Shown piece after piece: positions 38,393 through 51,599 of a DNA stretch of 64,000 bases. Origin of the DNA: Octopus sinensis (lineage: Eukaryota); NCBI RefSeq assembly GCF_006345805.1, contig NC_043012.1, positions 47,368,001-47,432,000 of the forward strand, read 5' to 3'. The notes under the pieces are model-generated. The model was not told where the DNA came from. It saw nothing but the letters and a program-made list of their open reading frames with translations, and made no database searches. The position numbers and the translations under genes are program-made. How positions within the stretch are numbered: the first letter of the stretch is position 1; every line of letters begins with the position of its first letter.

Positions 38393-39594
38393 TATACATA
38401 TACATAAGCCGTCGAATACTCGTATATTTGCATACAAATATATACATTACGTAATTCCAATTACAAACGAAAACGGTTCTTTCTTGCAAAACATTTTGCA
38501 GAAGGATCAAAGGAATTAAAGAAACTGGGACTTGGGCTTAAGAAAGGGAACCAAGTGGACATTTGCAGGTTTAAAACTATGATTGTAAAATGTGTTATAT
38601 AATTACCATACTGTTTGTTTTCTAGTGTTAACAACGTTACACTGACACGGCATATATGTATGTATACATATATGCGTGTTTATGTATGCATATTTATGTA
38701 TGTGTGTGTGTGTGTGCGTGCGTGTTTCTCTGTGTATGTGTGTGTGTGTGTGCATATGCATGTGTATGTATGTGTGTGTGTGTATATATATATATATATA
38801 AACATATATGTGCGTATTCAGATACCAATGTACATCTATGTTATGTATATATGTGTTTTTGTCTGTGAGTCTGTGTCTGTGTTTGTGTTTGTGTTTGCAA
38901 GCATGTATGTATACGGACATCCAAGTGACAACACGATCATATGAAGTATTAAATTCTAAAGTTTCATCGTGTAGTAATTTCATACATTTTTAGTGCAAAC
39001 ACATCTAGGATCCTACGCATCGTTTAGTTTGCTGAAAGACCACCTGTAGGCTAAGATCGTTTCAAAGGTTTGTATTATATGCGCTAATGCATATCTAAAA
39101 CTATATATAGTTTCTACATGTGTTAAACATTTAATAACTGTTTGGGTTGGAAAAATGCTACTTTTTTGTATATATATACAGAGTAGATTGATTTATGTAT
39201 ATAAATTTGTAGTCAGTTCGGTCATTGAGAAGAAGGTGAAATGTCTATTATCTCATGTATCTATGCATGTATATGTGCGTATATGAGGCAGTGCCTGGGT
39301 TGCTTGCCTTTGGCTATGAATGTGTGTATGTGTATGCATGTGTGTGTGCGTGTGTGTGTGTAGTGTGTATGTGTGTATGTGTATGTATGTGTGTGTGCGT
39401 GTGTGTGTGTAGTGTGTATGTGTGTATGTGTGCCTTTCTAAGGAGGCTATAATACGAAAAAAATCCGAATACTGAGCTAAGGGCATTTCACAAATTCTGC
39501 TAATTATCGTAAATTAATTTATGAAAAGAGATATACAAAGATACATACATACACAAGTATACATATATATGTGTGTGAGTGTTTATATGTATGC

Positions 39595-39640
<46 letters not shown>

Positions 39641-40232
39641 TACACTAAAAAGAAAGGGACGATGTATTTTCCTCATTAGTGATTTTTAAAATCCAGATAT
39701 CAACTAGTGTTATCAATTCATATGTTAAGAGAAATTTCCGCAAAATATAGGGATAAACTGACCAGTATTGTCTTAAGAAAATATAAGAAAATGAAGAAGG
39801 GATGTAGGGGATACTTATTTCATTTTATTTGTATCACGATGAATACGTATCAAATACTATAATACAAATATAATTTAAAGTAACAGAATCAGAAATAATC
39901 AAAAAGGATGCCTACACATGTTTTTGTCCGGTTACTAGATGAACAATTGCTTCAGTAGCCCCACAGTATGTCCGGAATTCATCAGGGCGAAATTTCTTTT
40001 ATATTTAGTGGTAAATAATGAGTACGATGTATCTTACTCCTTATTTACTATCCACTATATTCTTCTCCATTTTCTTATATTTACTCAACACTAATGTAAT
40101 ATGTATATATATAATATATATATATATAATATATATATATATATTATATATATATATGTGTGTGTGTGGTGTGGGTATATATATATATATATATTATATA
40201 TATTATATATTATATATATGTATGTATGTATA

Positions 40233-40591
40233 GGCGCAGGCTTGCTGTGTGGTAAGAAGCTTTTTTCTCAACGACATGTTTCACAGTTCAGTCCTAGTTC
40301 CTGGATTTGGTAGACGGGAACTGAAAGAAGCCCGTCTTGTATATATATATATATGTATATATATTGTGTGTGCATTTGTCTTTGTGTGTGTATTCGTTCC
40401 CCCACCATTGACAACCGATTTTGGTGTGTTTATGACCTCGAAACTTACGATTGGGCAAAAGAGCCCGATAGAATAAGTACTAGGCTTACAAAGTATAGGT
40501 CCTGGCATCGATTCGTTCGACTAAAGGCGGTGCTCCATCATGGCCGCAGTCAGATGACTGAAACGTGTAAAGGAGTAAAAGATTAAAAGAG
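40233..40591 (+). mobile_element. SINE family A with internal deletion
   Basis: The head ggcgcaggc..gctgtgtggtaagaagc joins directly to ggatttggtagacgg; the 3' half is intact. Confidence 0.85.
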
Positions 40592-40985
40592 TATAGATGC
40601 ATACATATAAATATATGTATCTATATATGGACGTATGTGTATAAATATGTGTATATATACATTCATGTGATAAGCAATATGAAATCGCATTAAGCAATAT
40701 CGGAATCGTCATACAATTTGAAATCAAATCCAAATTTTATTTTTATTCCTTAACCACACGAATCTGCCGTTTTACAAACCGGACCAAAATGCCAAAAGAA
40801 GATTAATGCTATTTGATACAAACGTCATTGAAAATTATATTACTTGCAAAGACAGGTCGGAAAGGCTATTCAAAATCTTTCTGTTCTAATTATATCTTCT
40901 GGCTCGACAACATCACATTTGAACATTGACAAGTTTTTAATCATTATAAGATTCAAAGTAAAATCACATATTGCGGTTCTTTATG

Positions 40986-41456
40986 TAAGAGATGAGGGAT
41001 TATGTACATTATTTACATCATTTACATATGACGGATATTTATCCTTATCTTGTTTGTTAACACAAGGTTTCGGCTGATATACCCTCCAGGCTTCATCAGG
41101 TGTCTTGGGGAAATTTCAAACCTAGGTTCTCATTCCTAAGGTATTTTCGATGTTGTAATTATTACTATTATAGTTGTTAACCACTACACCATATGCCCAC
41201 GGTTATATGGTATAGTGGTTAAGAAAGCGGGCTACTAACCCCAATATTCCGATTTCGATTCCAGACAGTGACCAGAAAAACAATAATAATAAAAATAACA
41301 ACATCGAAAAATAACTTAAGTATGAGAACCCAGGTTCGAAATTTCCCCAATACACCTCATGAAGGCAGGTGGGTATATCAGCCGAAACATTGTTGTTAAC
41401 AACTAACAATGAGGACAAATATCCGTATAATGTAAATGATGTAAATAATGTAAATA
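40986..41456. mobile_element. Palindromic tRNA-head/hammerhead element (family H1), both arms
   Basis: ~41000-41160 is the reverse complement of ~41285-41456. A central hairpin spans 41177-41222, a tRNA-like head starts at 41205, and there are degenerate hammerhead motifs at 41059-41104 (-) and ~41351-41396 (+). Confidence 0.85.
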
Positions 41457-41613
41457 GTGTAAAATCACACACACACACCATATATATAATATATATATAT
41501 ATTATATATATATATATATATTATATATATATGTGTGTGTGCCTGGGTTTGTATGTGCGTATGCCAAAATGTATGTACGTGCGTCTACATAAATATTGCA
41601 CTTAAGAAGCATC

Positions 41614-41802
41614 GAGCTGACTCGTTAGCACGACGGGAGAAAACAAAATCTTAGCGAAATTGCGTCCATCTTTGCACTGAGTTCAAATTCTGCTGAGGTT
41701 AACTTTGCCTTTCATCCCTTCATGGTCGATAAAATAGGTAACAGTTGAAATGCGATCGATATACACGCTTCTACGAAAGTGCTAGCCTTGTGCCTCAATT
41801 AT
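41614..41802 (+). mobile_element. SINE family B, degenerate
   Basis: gagctgactcgttagcacg...gagttcaaattctgctgaggttaactttgcctttcatcc. Confidence 0.7.
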
Positions 41803-42059
41803 GCAAAGCAATGGATGTGTACATGTATATATTTATACTTTGATACATTGTAAGCGTCCTATTGAATGTGTGGAAATGTATGTAACTTCACGAGAACAGA
41901 TTGTTTGTATGTATATATGTATGCCTATATATATGTGTATGTATATTTGAGTATGTGAGTATGTATGTTTTTGTATGCATATGTATATATATGTGTGTAT
42001 ATATATCTATGTATATATATATATATATTATATATATATATTATATATATATATATATA

Positions 42060-42265
42060 TGTGACCTCGTGTGTACCGTTGGCAATTTTTTTCCTCTGTC
42101 TTCCCTTCTCTGGATCTTTCCTCTCTCCCTATGTTTCCGACGAAGAGCTTCGCTCGAAACGTTAAGCCCTCCTTCTTTCCTCTGTCCTGAGCGTCCAATA
42201 ATACTATATTTGTTCCACGTCCTCGCGTTGTTGTTTTTTTCGTGCTTTGTTGTTTGGATTAACTT
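42060..42265 (+). mobile_element. Family H2 copy 4 (opposite orientation)
   Basis: (TA)n-flanked reverse complement of the other H2 copies. Confidence 0.9.
42133..42167 (+). ncRNA. Putative minimal type-I hammerhead ribozyme (core variant)
   Basis: gttt-CCGACGA-A-GAGC-ttc-GCTC-GAAA-CGTT-aagc. Stem I is gttt/aagc, stem II is GAGC/GCTC and stem III is the palindrome ACGU. Core position 4 is C instead of U. Confidence 0.5.
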
Positions 42266-42305
42266 TATATATTTATATATATATTATATATATATATATA
42301 TATAT

Positions 42306-42463
42306 ATTCCGCCGAGGTCGACTTTGCCTTTCATCTCTTTCGGGGTCGATAAATTAAGTACCAGCTGCGTACTGGGGTCTATGTAATCGACTTACATCCG
42401 TTTGTCTGTCCTTGTCTTGTCTTGTCCCCTCTGTGTTTAGCCCCTTGTGGGTAGTAAAAAATA
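42306..42463 (+). mobile_element. SINE family B, 3' part
   Basis: ttccgccgaggtcgactttgcctttcat...ggggtcgataaattaagtaccag...gccccttgtgggtagtaaa. Confidence 0.85.
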
Positions 42464-42470
42464 TATATAG

Positions 42471-42501
<31 letters not shown>

Positions 42502-44689
42502 TATCATATATACATATATACATACATATATATGGCTATGTATATAGTTCATGATGTTTAAGCACGAATATTACTCTCATTTGTTAGTAATGCGTAGCTG
42601 AGTTAATACAGTCCATTTCTAGACACATGAATTAAGATCCTCGTCGTCTGCATTAACGTGTGAAAAATATTTTTTAGAAATATCAATGCTTTTTGGAGAA
42701 AGGCTTTTAGTGTTTGTGCAAGTGATTATATAGGGATATTCTTTCAGCTTTGCTTCCGTATATAGTTAGGTTTTCAACATTGTAATGAATGTACATATAC
42801 TAGATAAGCAACAGTTTAAATAACGGATTCGTAATGTAAAATAAATCTGTGAATCTAATAAAATAAAATGAAAATAGTGCGACGTCTCTACTGACGACAA
42901 GTTTACATAATGGATTGGAGATATTTACAAATACGAGAGCAAACAAAAGGAAGCGATGTTACAAGGTCAAAAGTGTTCAGTGATGAAAGTGTCAGCAAAA
43001 AATATTGATATATTTCAATGGCTTTGACATTATTTTCTAGTGGAGAAATAAGAGTTTTATCGTTACTATCTAGGCATTGAGTATTATTACATTCTTTTTT
43101 TTATCGTGTTACGTGGACCAAATATTATTAATGCTTTTAACGTTATTGTCAACTCGCGAAACCAGCAACATTGGCATGTACTTGTCAAAAACCTCTTATC
43201 TCAACTGAGTTGCTTATAATTCAAATGGTTCATACGTATATGAAAATACATCTGGCTGCGGGTGTGTTAAGAATGTATCTCTATACACATGCATACAGAC
43301 ACAGGCATGCATTTATATATACACGCTCTTATGACATTATAATATTAAAGAATGTGTATTTGAATTTTACGATGCAAATTAATCTATTTGTTATATCGAT
43401 ATAACATGATTGGATTCCTAAATATTTATGAATGATATATAGTTAGCTAATCATTGTTGTTTGCTTGGAATTTTGAAAATACTAATTGTAATTTTTAAAA
43501 GAGAGTTGGTTAAGTGTTACATCGTTTAGATTCCCATTAAATCTCTTGTAATTTCTGAGCAAAGTGAAGACACAAACGTATCTATACATATATATGCATT
43601 TTATTCTTGTCTTGGAAATTATTCTCCTTGCTTTTAAAGTATGCCTATCAATACAATAGTTTTAATGTCACTTATATCCACATAACAAATTTCATCGTAA
43701 ATCAGACACCAACAAATCTCTAAGACGAAACACAAAATGACAGACATCAAATTAAATACTTTCGTTAATATATAATGCAACCGTACAATTACTTGCAACA
43801 GTTTGTGAAACAATACATTCCCCTAAACGTATATCTAGAAAATTAAATACACTATCGAATATTAATTTAGAAATGTTAATTTATGTTTCCTTTTCACATT
43901 CAGTTGCAAATTTTTTGTCTATGCATTTACAACATACATCACATAGCCTCGCTTTGTTTTAGGTGCAATATTATTCATTTTTTAAAAGCAGTAGATCAAT
44001 TTACAGAGGTAACACTGTAAAAATTTTTCAACAATATTATATACTTGAAAACATTTTAGACATCAATAGAATTGATCGTCTGATTTTCCCTCCTATTTCC
44101 ACATGAATACGAGAAATTTTTATTGCCTAATTTACTAGATACGATTAAGCATACATATTCAGATAAAACACACGTATGCAGATAAAACAATTGGGACGGC
44201 AAAGGAATAAACAACTACGTTGTGAATTTCATTGGGTTACGGCTGTTTCTGCTATTACGTGCAATACACTCATATTTCTTTGCTTGAGTATCAGCCTATG
44301 TCATCCTCAGAACTGAAATTTATTTGTAAATAACATTTGCATTTCTTGTAACGTAAGTTATCAGTCCGAGTATGATTTACGCACGTTCGAACCAGTGGAA
44401 ATAGCATGCACATAAATAAGAAAAGAATTTGAGAATATAAACAAATGAAATGAATGATAACGTTACGTAACTTATTATTCATGTTCGACAGAGTTCAAGG
44501 TCAGTCAGCGCCACGCAACTCCACTCAGTGTACTTCAACTCCATTTTCATAGAAAATACATTGTCATCAGACTTTGTATATCATGAATATATGTATATGA
44601 ATGAATATGTGTATATAGATATACATACATATATGTGTATTTATGTATATGCATGCATACATACATACATTCAACATGCATATATATAT

Positions 44690-45001
44690 ATCACTGTGAT
44701 TACTGTGACCGACCAGGCTACCAGATGTTGCTATACATCGCTGGTCACAATGCGCTTCACATTGATATAGCCTACAGATGACGTCACCCCGCTGGCTAAG
44801 CGAGGAGACCAACAGAAGAAAAAGTGAGAGAAATTTGTGGCGAAAGAGTACAGCAGGCATCGCCACCAACCCCTGAAGGAGCCTCGTGGAGCGTTTAGGC
44901 GTTTTCGCTTAATAAATACTCACAACGCCCGGTCTGAGAATCGAAACCGCGATCCTACAACCGCGTGACCGGTGCCCTAACCACTAGACCATTGCGCCTC
45001 C
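44690..45001 (-). mobile_element. tRNA-derived SINE
   Basis: The minus-strand head ggaggcgcaatggtctagtggttagggc...ggtttcgattc has A- and B-box-like motifs. Confidence 0.75.
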
Positions 45002-45034
45002 ACACACACACACACACATATATATATATGGCGG

Positions 45035-45236
45035 GCTGGTTACCGATGATGCATCTACCCAATGTTCATGAAGTCTTTGCACTTTTATGCAAGTTCTATT
45101 ACATAAACGTAGACTGATCGAATTATTTCTTAGTAGCATTATAACAGCCCCTACTTTTAAGTTGAGCGGAAGAGGAGGCATACCCTATGGGGTCAGTGAG
45201 TTTATGAACTCAAATGGATAGTTCTGAACCTCCTCC
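45035..45236 (-). mobile_element. Helitron-type Pif1 helicase fragment
   Basis: EEVQNYPFEFINSLTP*GMPPLPLNLKVGAVIMLLRNNSISLRLCNRT matches the Helitron/Pif1 motif YP.EFLNSL...G.PPH.L.LKVG...MLLRN....GLCNGT. Confidence 0.85.
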
Positions 45237-46096
45237 TTATTACTGCAGAACACCAAATCTGTGCTTACGTACGTTTATGTACTTCTAGTATAATATTAAG
45301 AACTTTTTCATTTATTGCACAACAGAATTTTTAGCAGAAAAAATTACTCGTTTTTCCATTTCTTCTAGAGTGCAGTTGTTGAAAATTTCTGGGTAGAAAT
45401 GTAAAAAACTGAAATGCAAAAGAACGAAATAATAAATGAATTTATGAATGAAAATTTGGTAATTGCTTTTATTTCTTCAACGTGACACTTATTGTTGCAA
45501 ACATGTTTTAACTAACCTATACTATACACACACACAAATATATTCACATATATATGTGTCTCGAGTTGTAGATGTAATTCAAAGGGGCCAACCTTGCCAT
45601 ATTCTGTGTGATGCTGAATCTCACTGAGAACTACATTAATGTTATGCATGTCTGTGGAGTACTCAGCCATTTGTGAGATAATTTTCTCCTCGTGTGGTAA
45701 TGAAAACTGAAATTGACAGTCAATATTTGATGTGGCTATGTCCCTAAGAACTTTTCTTTGAATTTATGTCTCTACTGTCTCTCTCACTTTCTCTCTTTCA
45801 CTTTCACTTCCTTTATGTCCCTCTTCTCTCCCGCTTTTGTATATGTGTCTATGTATCTACTTCTCTTGCAAGGTGATAAAAATTTAAAAGCACAAAACGA
45901 ACGCCGTCACCACTCACTGTCTCTTTCACTCCTCTCTTTCTCTCTCACTCTCTCCTTCTCTATCTCTTTCTCGCTCTCTCTTTCTCTATCTCTCACTTTC
46001 TCTTTTTCTTTCTCTCTGACATCCTCTCTCTCGCTTTGCCATTTCTTTGAAGTAAGTTTGATGCACACAATAGGTGCGTACGAAAAAAAAAAGCGG

Positions 46097-46142
46097 AACA
46101 CAACGTTTCGGCTGATATACTCTCCAGCCTTCATCAGATGCC
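46097..46142 (-). ncRNA. Putative minimal type-I hammerhead ribozyme, intact core
   Basis: The minus strand reads ggcat-CTGATGA-A-GGCTG-gagagtatat-CAGCC-GAAA-CGTT-gtgtt: canonical CUGAUGA/GAAA core, 5-bp stem II, stem I with wobbles, and a palindromic ACGU stem III. Confidence 0.65.
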
Positions 46143-46205
46143 TTGGAGAAATTTCGAACCTGGGTTCTCATTCCTAAGCTATTTTTCGATGTTGTTATTA
46201 TTATT

Positions 46206-46497
46206 ACGGAGATGTACTTGCATAGCAAATGACCTGATCTGAGATCGTGTGCTGGAACGGAGACAATTGCAGCGTGGAAGGTGTTTATAAGCCATTTAAG
46301 AAACCCACAACAACCGTTAGATTAACTTCAACCTGTTCAGGGACAAAATTCCGTGCAGCACATGATTTTGTCAGTGAACAGGTCGTGTTCTCAAAGCGAC
46401 GAAAATATTTAAGCAAATGAAATTTAAATGTTGAAGTGAATCTAGTGGTTCTTGTGTTTTCTTAAATAGCTTATAAACACCTTCCACGCTGCAATTG
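46206..46497. mobile_element. Fold-back (MITE-like) element inserted in a (TAA)n linker
   Basis: Arms 46264-46332 / 46430-46497 (caattgcagcgtggaaggtgtttataagc perfect) and an inner hairpin at 46331-46383. Confidence 0.8.
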
Positions 46498-46509
46498 TTG
46501 TTGTTTTTG

Positions 46510-46571
<62 letters not shown>

Positions 46572-47785
46572 ATCACTGCCTGGAATCGAACTTGGAATCT
46601 TGTGTTTAGTAGCACGCGCACTTAACCACTACGCCCACGGGCATATGGCGTATATATATGCATATATATGGGTACAGCACGTCTCAGTAAGTAAGCAGCA
46701 TGAAATACGAAGACGAACTTGGGTATGCGAACAACAGGAGAAACAAATGTAAAACACGACAAATTAATGATGAACAGCCAAAAACTGATGAAGGGTCGTT
46801 TTTTATGTTACTTGTCTTGATTTCCTTTTGTTTATCCCGTTTGTTTATCCAAGTTCGTTTTTGTATTTCATGTTTTCGTAATTCTTATCACAGGTTGCTT
46901 ACGTTTTGTGACGTCCTGTACCCATATATGCATATATATGTATGTGCATATATGTATGCATATATGCATATGTAAATATTTTCCATATTATTATATGATT
47001 GAAAGCCATGCATCAATTTCCATGTATGTTTATCTTAATAATTATGATGTTACTGCAATCTATCTCCCCCTTTCGCGTTCTCTGTCTTCCTGTCTCTAAC
47101 TTTTTTCTCCCCCACTCCCCCTTTCGTTTTCTTCTCTCTCATCTTTTCGCTAATAATTGTTTCTTCCCTTGACCGTTTTCTATATGTCTCTGTCTATCAC
47201 TCCCCCTTTCTCCTTTACTCTCTCTCGTTGCTCACACATGACCATCGCCTATCTTTCTTTTCCTCGTGTGTTCATCTTTCTTTTTTACAGTCTGTCTTAC
47301 AGAGCAGATGCATTTTTATGTGTCTCCTCTTCTATCTTTTCTCTTGTCAAAGACAATATTCTTCCAGCGTTTGCTACCTTACCTCGTCTGGCCTAACGGC
47401 CCTCCATGTTTGTTTTCTTTCATTTGTTGTATCTCTCCACTGTCCTGTGTTTGTTACCTCCGCAAATCCCAAAATTTATTTCTGTTCGCAGGAGCATCTG
47501 TCTTTTGAAACCTCATATTGTTGTTAATTGCTCGAAATGTGGAGTAGAGTGACAGCCAACAAATGATAAAAGATAATTTTTTTATCTTACCTGTCTTGAT
47601 TTTTCATTTCTTTCGCTCGTTATTCGTATACCCAAGTTCGTTCTCGTATTTCATGTTTACGTTTTGTGATATCTTGTGCCCATATGCGAATATATATATA
47701 TATATATATATATCACATATTTGTATGCATATATATATGTATATATATATATATTATTTATATTTTATGTATATATATATATATA

Positions 47786-47961
47786 GGCGCAGGAGTGGCT
47801 GTGTGGTAAGTAGCTTGCTAACCAACCACATGGTTCCGGGTTCAGTCCCACTGCGTGGCATCTTGGGCAAGTGTCTTCTGCTATAGCTCCGGGCCGACCA
47901 ATGCCTTGTGAGTGGATTTGGTAGACGGAAACTGAAAGAAGCCTGTCGTATATATGTATAT

Positions 47962-48051
<90 letters not shown>

Positions 48052-48260
48052 CTGTGTTTGTCCCCCTAGCATTGCTTGACAACCGATGCTGGTGTGTTTA
48101 CGTCCCCGTCACTTAGCGGTTCGGCAAAAAAGAGAAGGATAAAATAAGTACTGGGTTTAGAAAGAATAAGTCCCGGGGTCGAGTTGCTCGATTAAAGGTG
48201 GTGCTCCAGCATGTCCGCAGTGAAATGACTGAAACAAGTAAAAGAGTAAAGGGTAAGAGT
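47786..48260 (+). mobile_element. SINE family A, full length, young-looking
   Basis: ggcgcaggagtggctgtgtggtaagtagcttgc...ggttcagtcccactgcgtggc...; internal (TA)/(TG) tract. Confidence 0.92.
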
Positions 48261-48296
48261 ATATATATTCTCATGTATATAAAGGAAATGAAAACG

Positions 48297-48420
48297 CATG
48301 GCCTTTTGTTGCACTCACGATCAACAGATCGTGGTTTCAACTTCTTGACTGGGTGGTTCGTTGTGTCCCTGAGAAGACCACTTCGTCTCACATTGCTCTG
48401 CGATCACTTCGACGACCAGC
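48297..48420 (+). mobile_element. SINE family C fragment
   Basis: Head-like gcatggcc...gtggtttcaac followed by gttgtgtccctgag...cacattgctc, complementary to 660-780. Confidence 0.5.
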
Positions 48421-48847
48421 GTGTCAGGCAAACTCGATTTAATAGAGGGAGAGCGTTAATCTACAGCAGATAATTTTGATCTCTATAAACAAATTATTTG
48501 TACTTGTCATTGGGCAAGAGCTGAACCCTCGTACTTCGTTTTCGATTGGAAAGACCATCATATGCATATATGAATGCACGGGCTAAAACGTATTTAATGA
48601 GATTAAATATTTACACGTAAACGGTTTTGTAATGTTTCTTTTTAAGCTTTTTACAACTAAGCTGCAAACATATCTGCTATTTCGTACATTGCACATACTT
48701 CCATATGTTCGTAGTCAGAAAATGCACTCCTACTCAGATATGTATTGATATCTATTCAATCTATATTTTTATCCATTTATCTACCTACCTACCAATCCAT
48801 ATCCCAACACACACACACACACATACATACATACACACACACACATA

Positions 48848-48898
<51 letters not shown>

Positions 48899-49029
48899 AT
48901 CAATAGACATACATATATTTACAGATATGTAAATACGTACATATATATATATATATATTTGTGTGCAAGTGTAAGTGTATTTATATTCATATATATAGAT
49001 ATGTGTTTGTGTGCGTTTCTGTGTGTGTT

Positions 49030-49079
<50 letters not shown>

Positions 49080-49627
49080 TACGTGTGTCTCTTTATATAT
49101 GCATTCATATATGTATATATACATTCCCATATGTCTGTGTATATCTGCGTTCAGTTATATCTGATCAAGTCTGTGTGGTTATGTATAAGCTTCAATATTA
49201 TCGCAATATACTGTCTATTGTCGGATATGAATATGACAAACGGATCGAAAGACATTTCTTTCTCGATCTCTCTCTATCGGCATCTCTCTACTTCACTCAT
49301 AGACATGTACGCACTAATACAACTAAGAACCGTCTATTTGTGCGTATATCTGTCATTATACTATGAATTCTATAAAGACATAATTAACCAGATCTTGTAA
49401 GAGAGAGCAGTTTGTATGGTAAAAAAAGTATGTGAACGGTACAGTTGGAAGATGAACATTCGTTGTACGATCCACTGATGTTTAAACTCTTCTGACCTCC
49501 ATCATGGCAAGACTACAATAACATGATGCAGCTGTCAAAAGGTCTGTGACTCGATCTAATTTCCTGTGAGGTTGAATGTAAGGAAGTAGCGTACATTCAT
49601 TCGTAGGTAGAAAAATGCATTGGTACG

Positions 49628-49662
<35 letters not shown>

Positions 49663-49703
49663 GTGTGTGGGTTTGTGCTTATGCACACATACACCACACA
49701 CAC

Positions 49704-49754
<51 letters not shown>

Positions 49755-50174
49755 TACACAAATAGATAGATAGAGAAAGCGAAAGATTAAGTGAGATGGA
49801 GCTAGGTAAATAAATACATAGATATACTGACTTGCGTATACATCTATATATATGCACATTTTCGTAAGTTTAAAGTCAGCGTCTTTCTGTTTTACGTTTG
49901 GTTTTTCATGATCTGAATAGCATTGTTGTATACATTCTGCTTTTAATGCATGTAGACATGTGTATACACAGAAACAAACAGTCATTATGTGCAGTCTTCA
50001 TCATTTTGCTTTTGCATTTTCTATGTTCTCATATATTTCTCCCTCTTTCTCTCTTCTCAATCATTGTATATCTATCTAGTCATATGTATGTACAATCATA
50101 CATACGTATGTGTGTATGTATGTATGTATGTATGTATGTATGCATGTATGTATATATATATATATATATATAAT

Positions 50175-50222
<48 letters not shown>

Positions 50223-51599
50223 CAAATATGTATATACATATTTATATATGTATGTGTGTATGTATATATATATATTATATACTTATGTATGAATATATTT
50301 ATGTGTGTGTGTTTGTGTTTATATGTATATGTTTGCGTGTAGCAACCTCATATTTCTGTTTAGCAATATCCCCATAATATATGGTGGAACATATATTATT
50401 CTATATAATAACTAAATTTACGATCAATAAATTATCTGCGTGCAACATCTTTCAGACCTGTCAGCGCATGTCATATCAAGGAAATGATTTTAATATGACA
50501 TAATAATATTGTCGAAATTTCATAATTATAATTCCCTCTGTTCTTTTCTCAACATAATTTACTCCAATATATTTCAATGCAACGTCAATGCAATACTTCA
50601 TTAAACCTAATAGTTAAATTAATAATGTACATATTTCTGTTTGATTTATTATGTAGCAGAGATTGTTCATATTAGTTAGCCTCCGGTGATCTCAGAATGG
50701 GCAGAAGTAGAAACAAAATATTCGTAGTCAATGACTGCATCTTTTTTTAAAGGTTATCGAGGACTATTTTTTAGTACGTTTTTTTATTGTTTATAGGTCT
50801 TCAGTTTGTCTTGCAGGGGATTTTCCTTCTGCTGTATGATCCCCTGCTTATTGATAAAATTATAACTGAATACAACATTAAAGCATACCTGATCATTTAG
50901 ACATGACAATTTCTCATTCACACTGACATTCGTTTAGATACCTATAGATCGACAGAGGGTAGAAGAAATGGACAGAGAGATTGAGAGAGAGAAATTGAGA
51001 CCGAGTTAGAGACACAGTCAAACAAACAAATAGACAGATAAACTGACAGACAGACAGAGTGAAGCTCCCTTTCCTAATGTTCAGCGTTGAAAGGAATGAC
51101 TGTAAATAAATATTAATACAAATGAGATACGCACACGTATATATTCACATGAGATATGCAGTATGAGATATTCTCTAGACGTTCACAGTTACGAGTTCAT
51201 AGGATCGATCCAACACTGTGTCACAAAGTTATGGATTCGTAATTGCAAATTTTAAGAGGAGAAAATACTGATAAATACAGATAAATCGATTCGGCACGAA
51301 ATTAGTGAATATATTGACGGAATCGTTCCATACACCATCGTAAAGATTGCACCATTAATTCAAAAGTTTAAACTGGTTGCACGGTATTTTCTCACTGAGA
51401 TTGCTTAGGAAATATATTAATGCTCCTCGTAAAGGACAAAAGGGTGAAGACCCCCTATGGCTTTAAATTACAATAGGATTGCACTTAGAGAGTTACCTTC
51501 CGAGGCACAAATCCGAGCAAGGTTGTTTACGAATGACCAGCGGTCGTTCATGCACACCGCGTCACTGATGTCATCCGAGGGAAAGGCTAAGTAACGTCG

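Larger units (their letters stand above)
46097..46651 (-). mobile_element. Family H1, one arm plus palindrome centre, interrupted by an insertion
   Basis: tRNA-like head at 46568-46651 (gcgtagtggttaag...aagttcgattcc), a (TAA)n linker split by the insert at 46206-46497, and a tail with the hammerhead at 46097-46200. Confidence 0.85.

Noticed and set aside
41205-41272. Genuine tRNA gene
   Set aside because: It lacks a proper acceptor stem, has a mutated B box and continues into a repeat body. The same holds for the other SINE heads.
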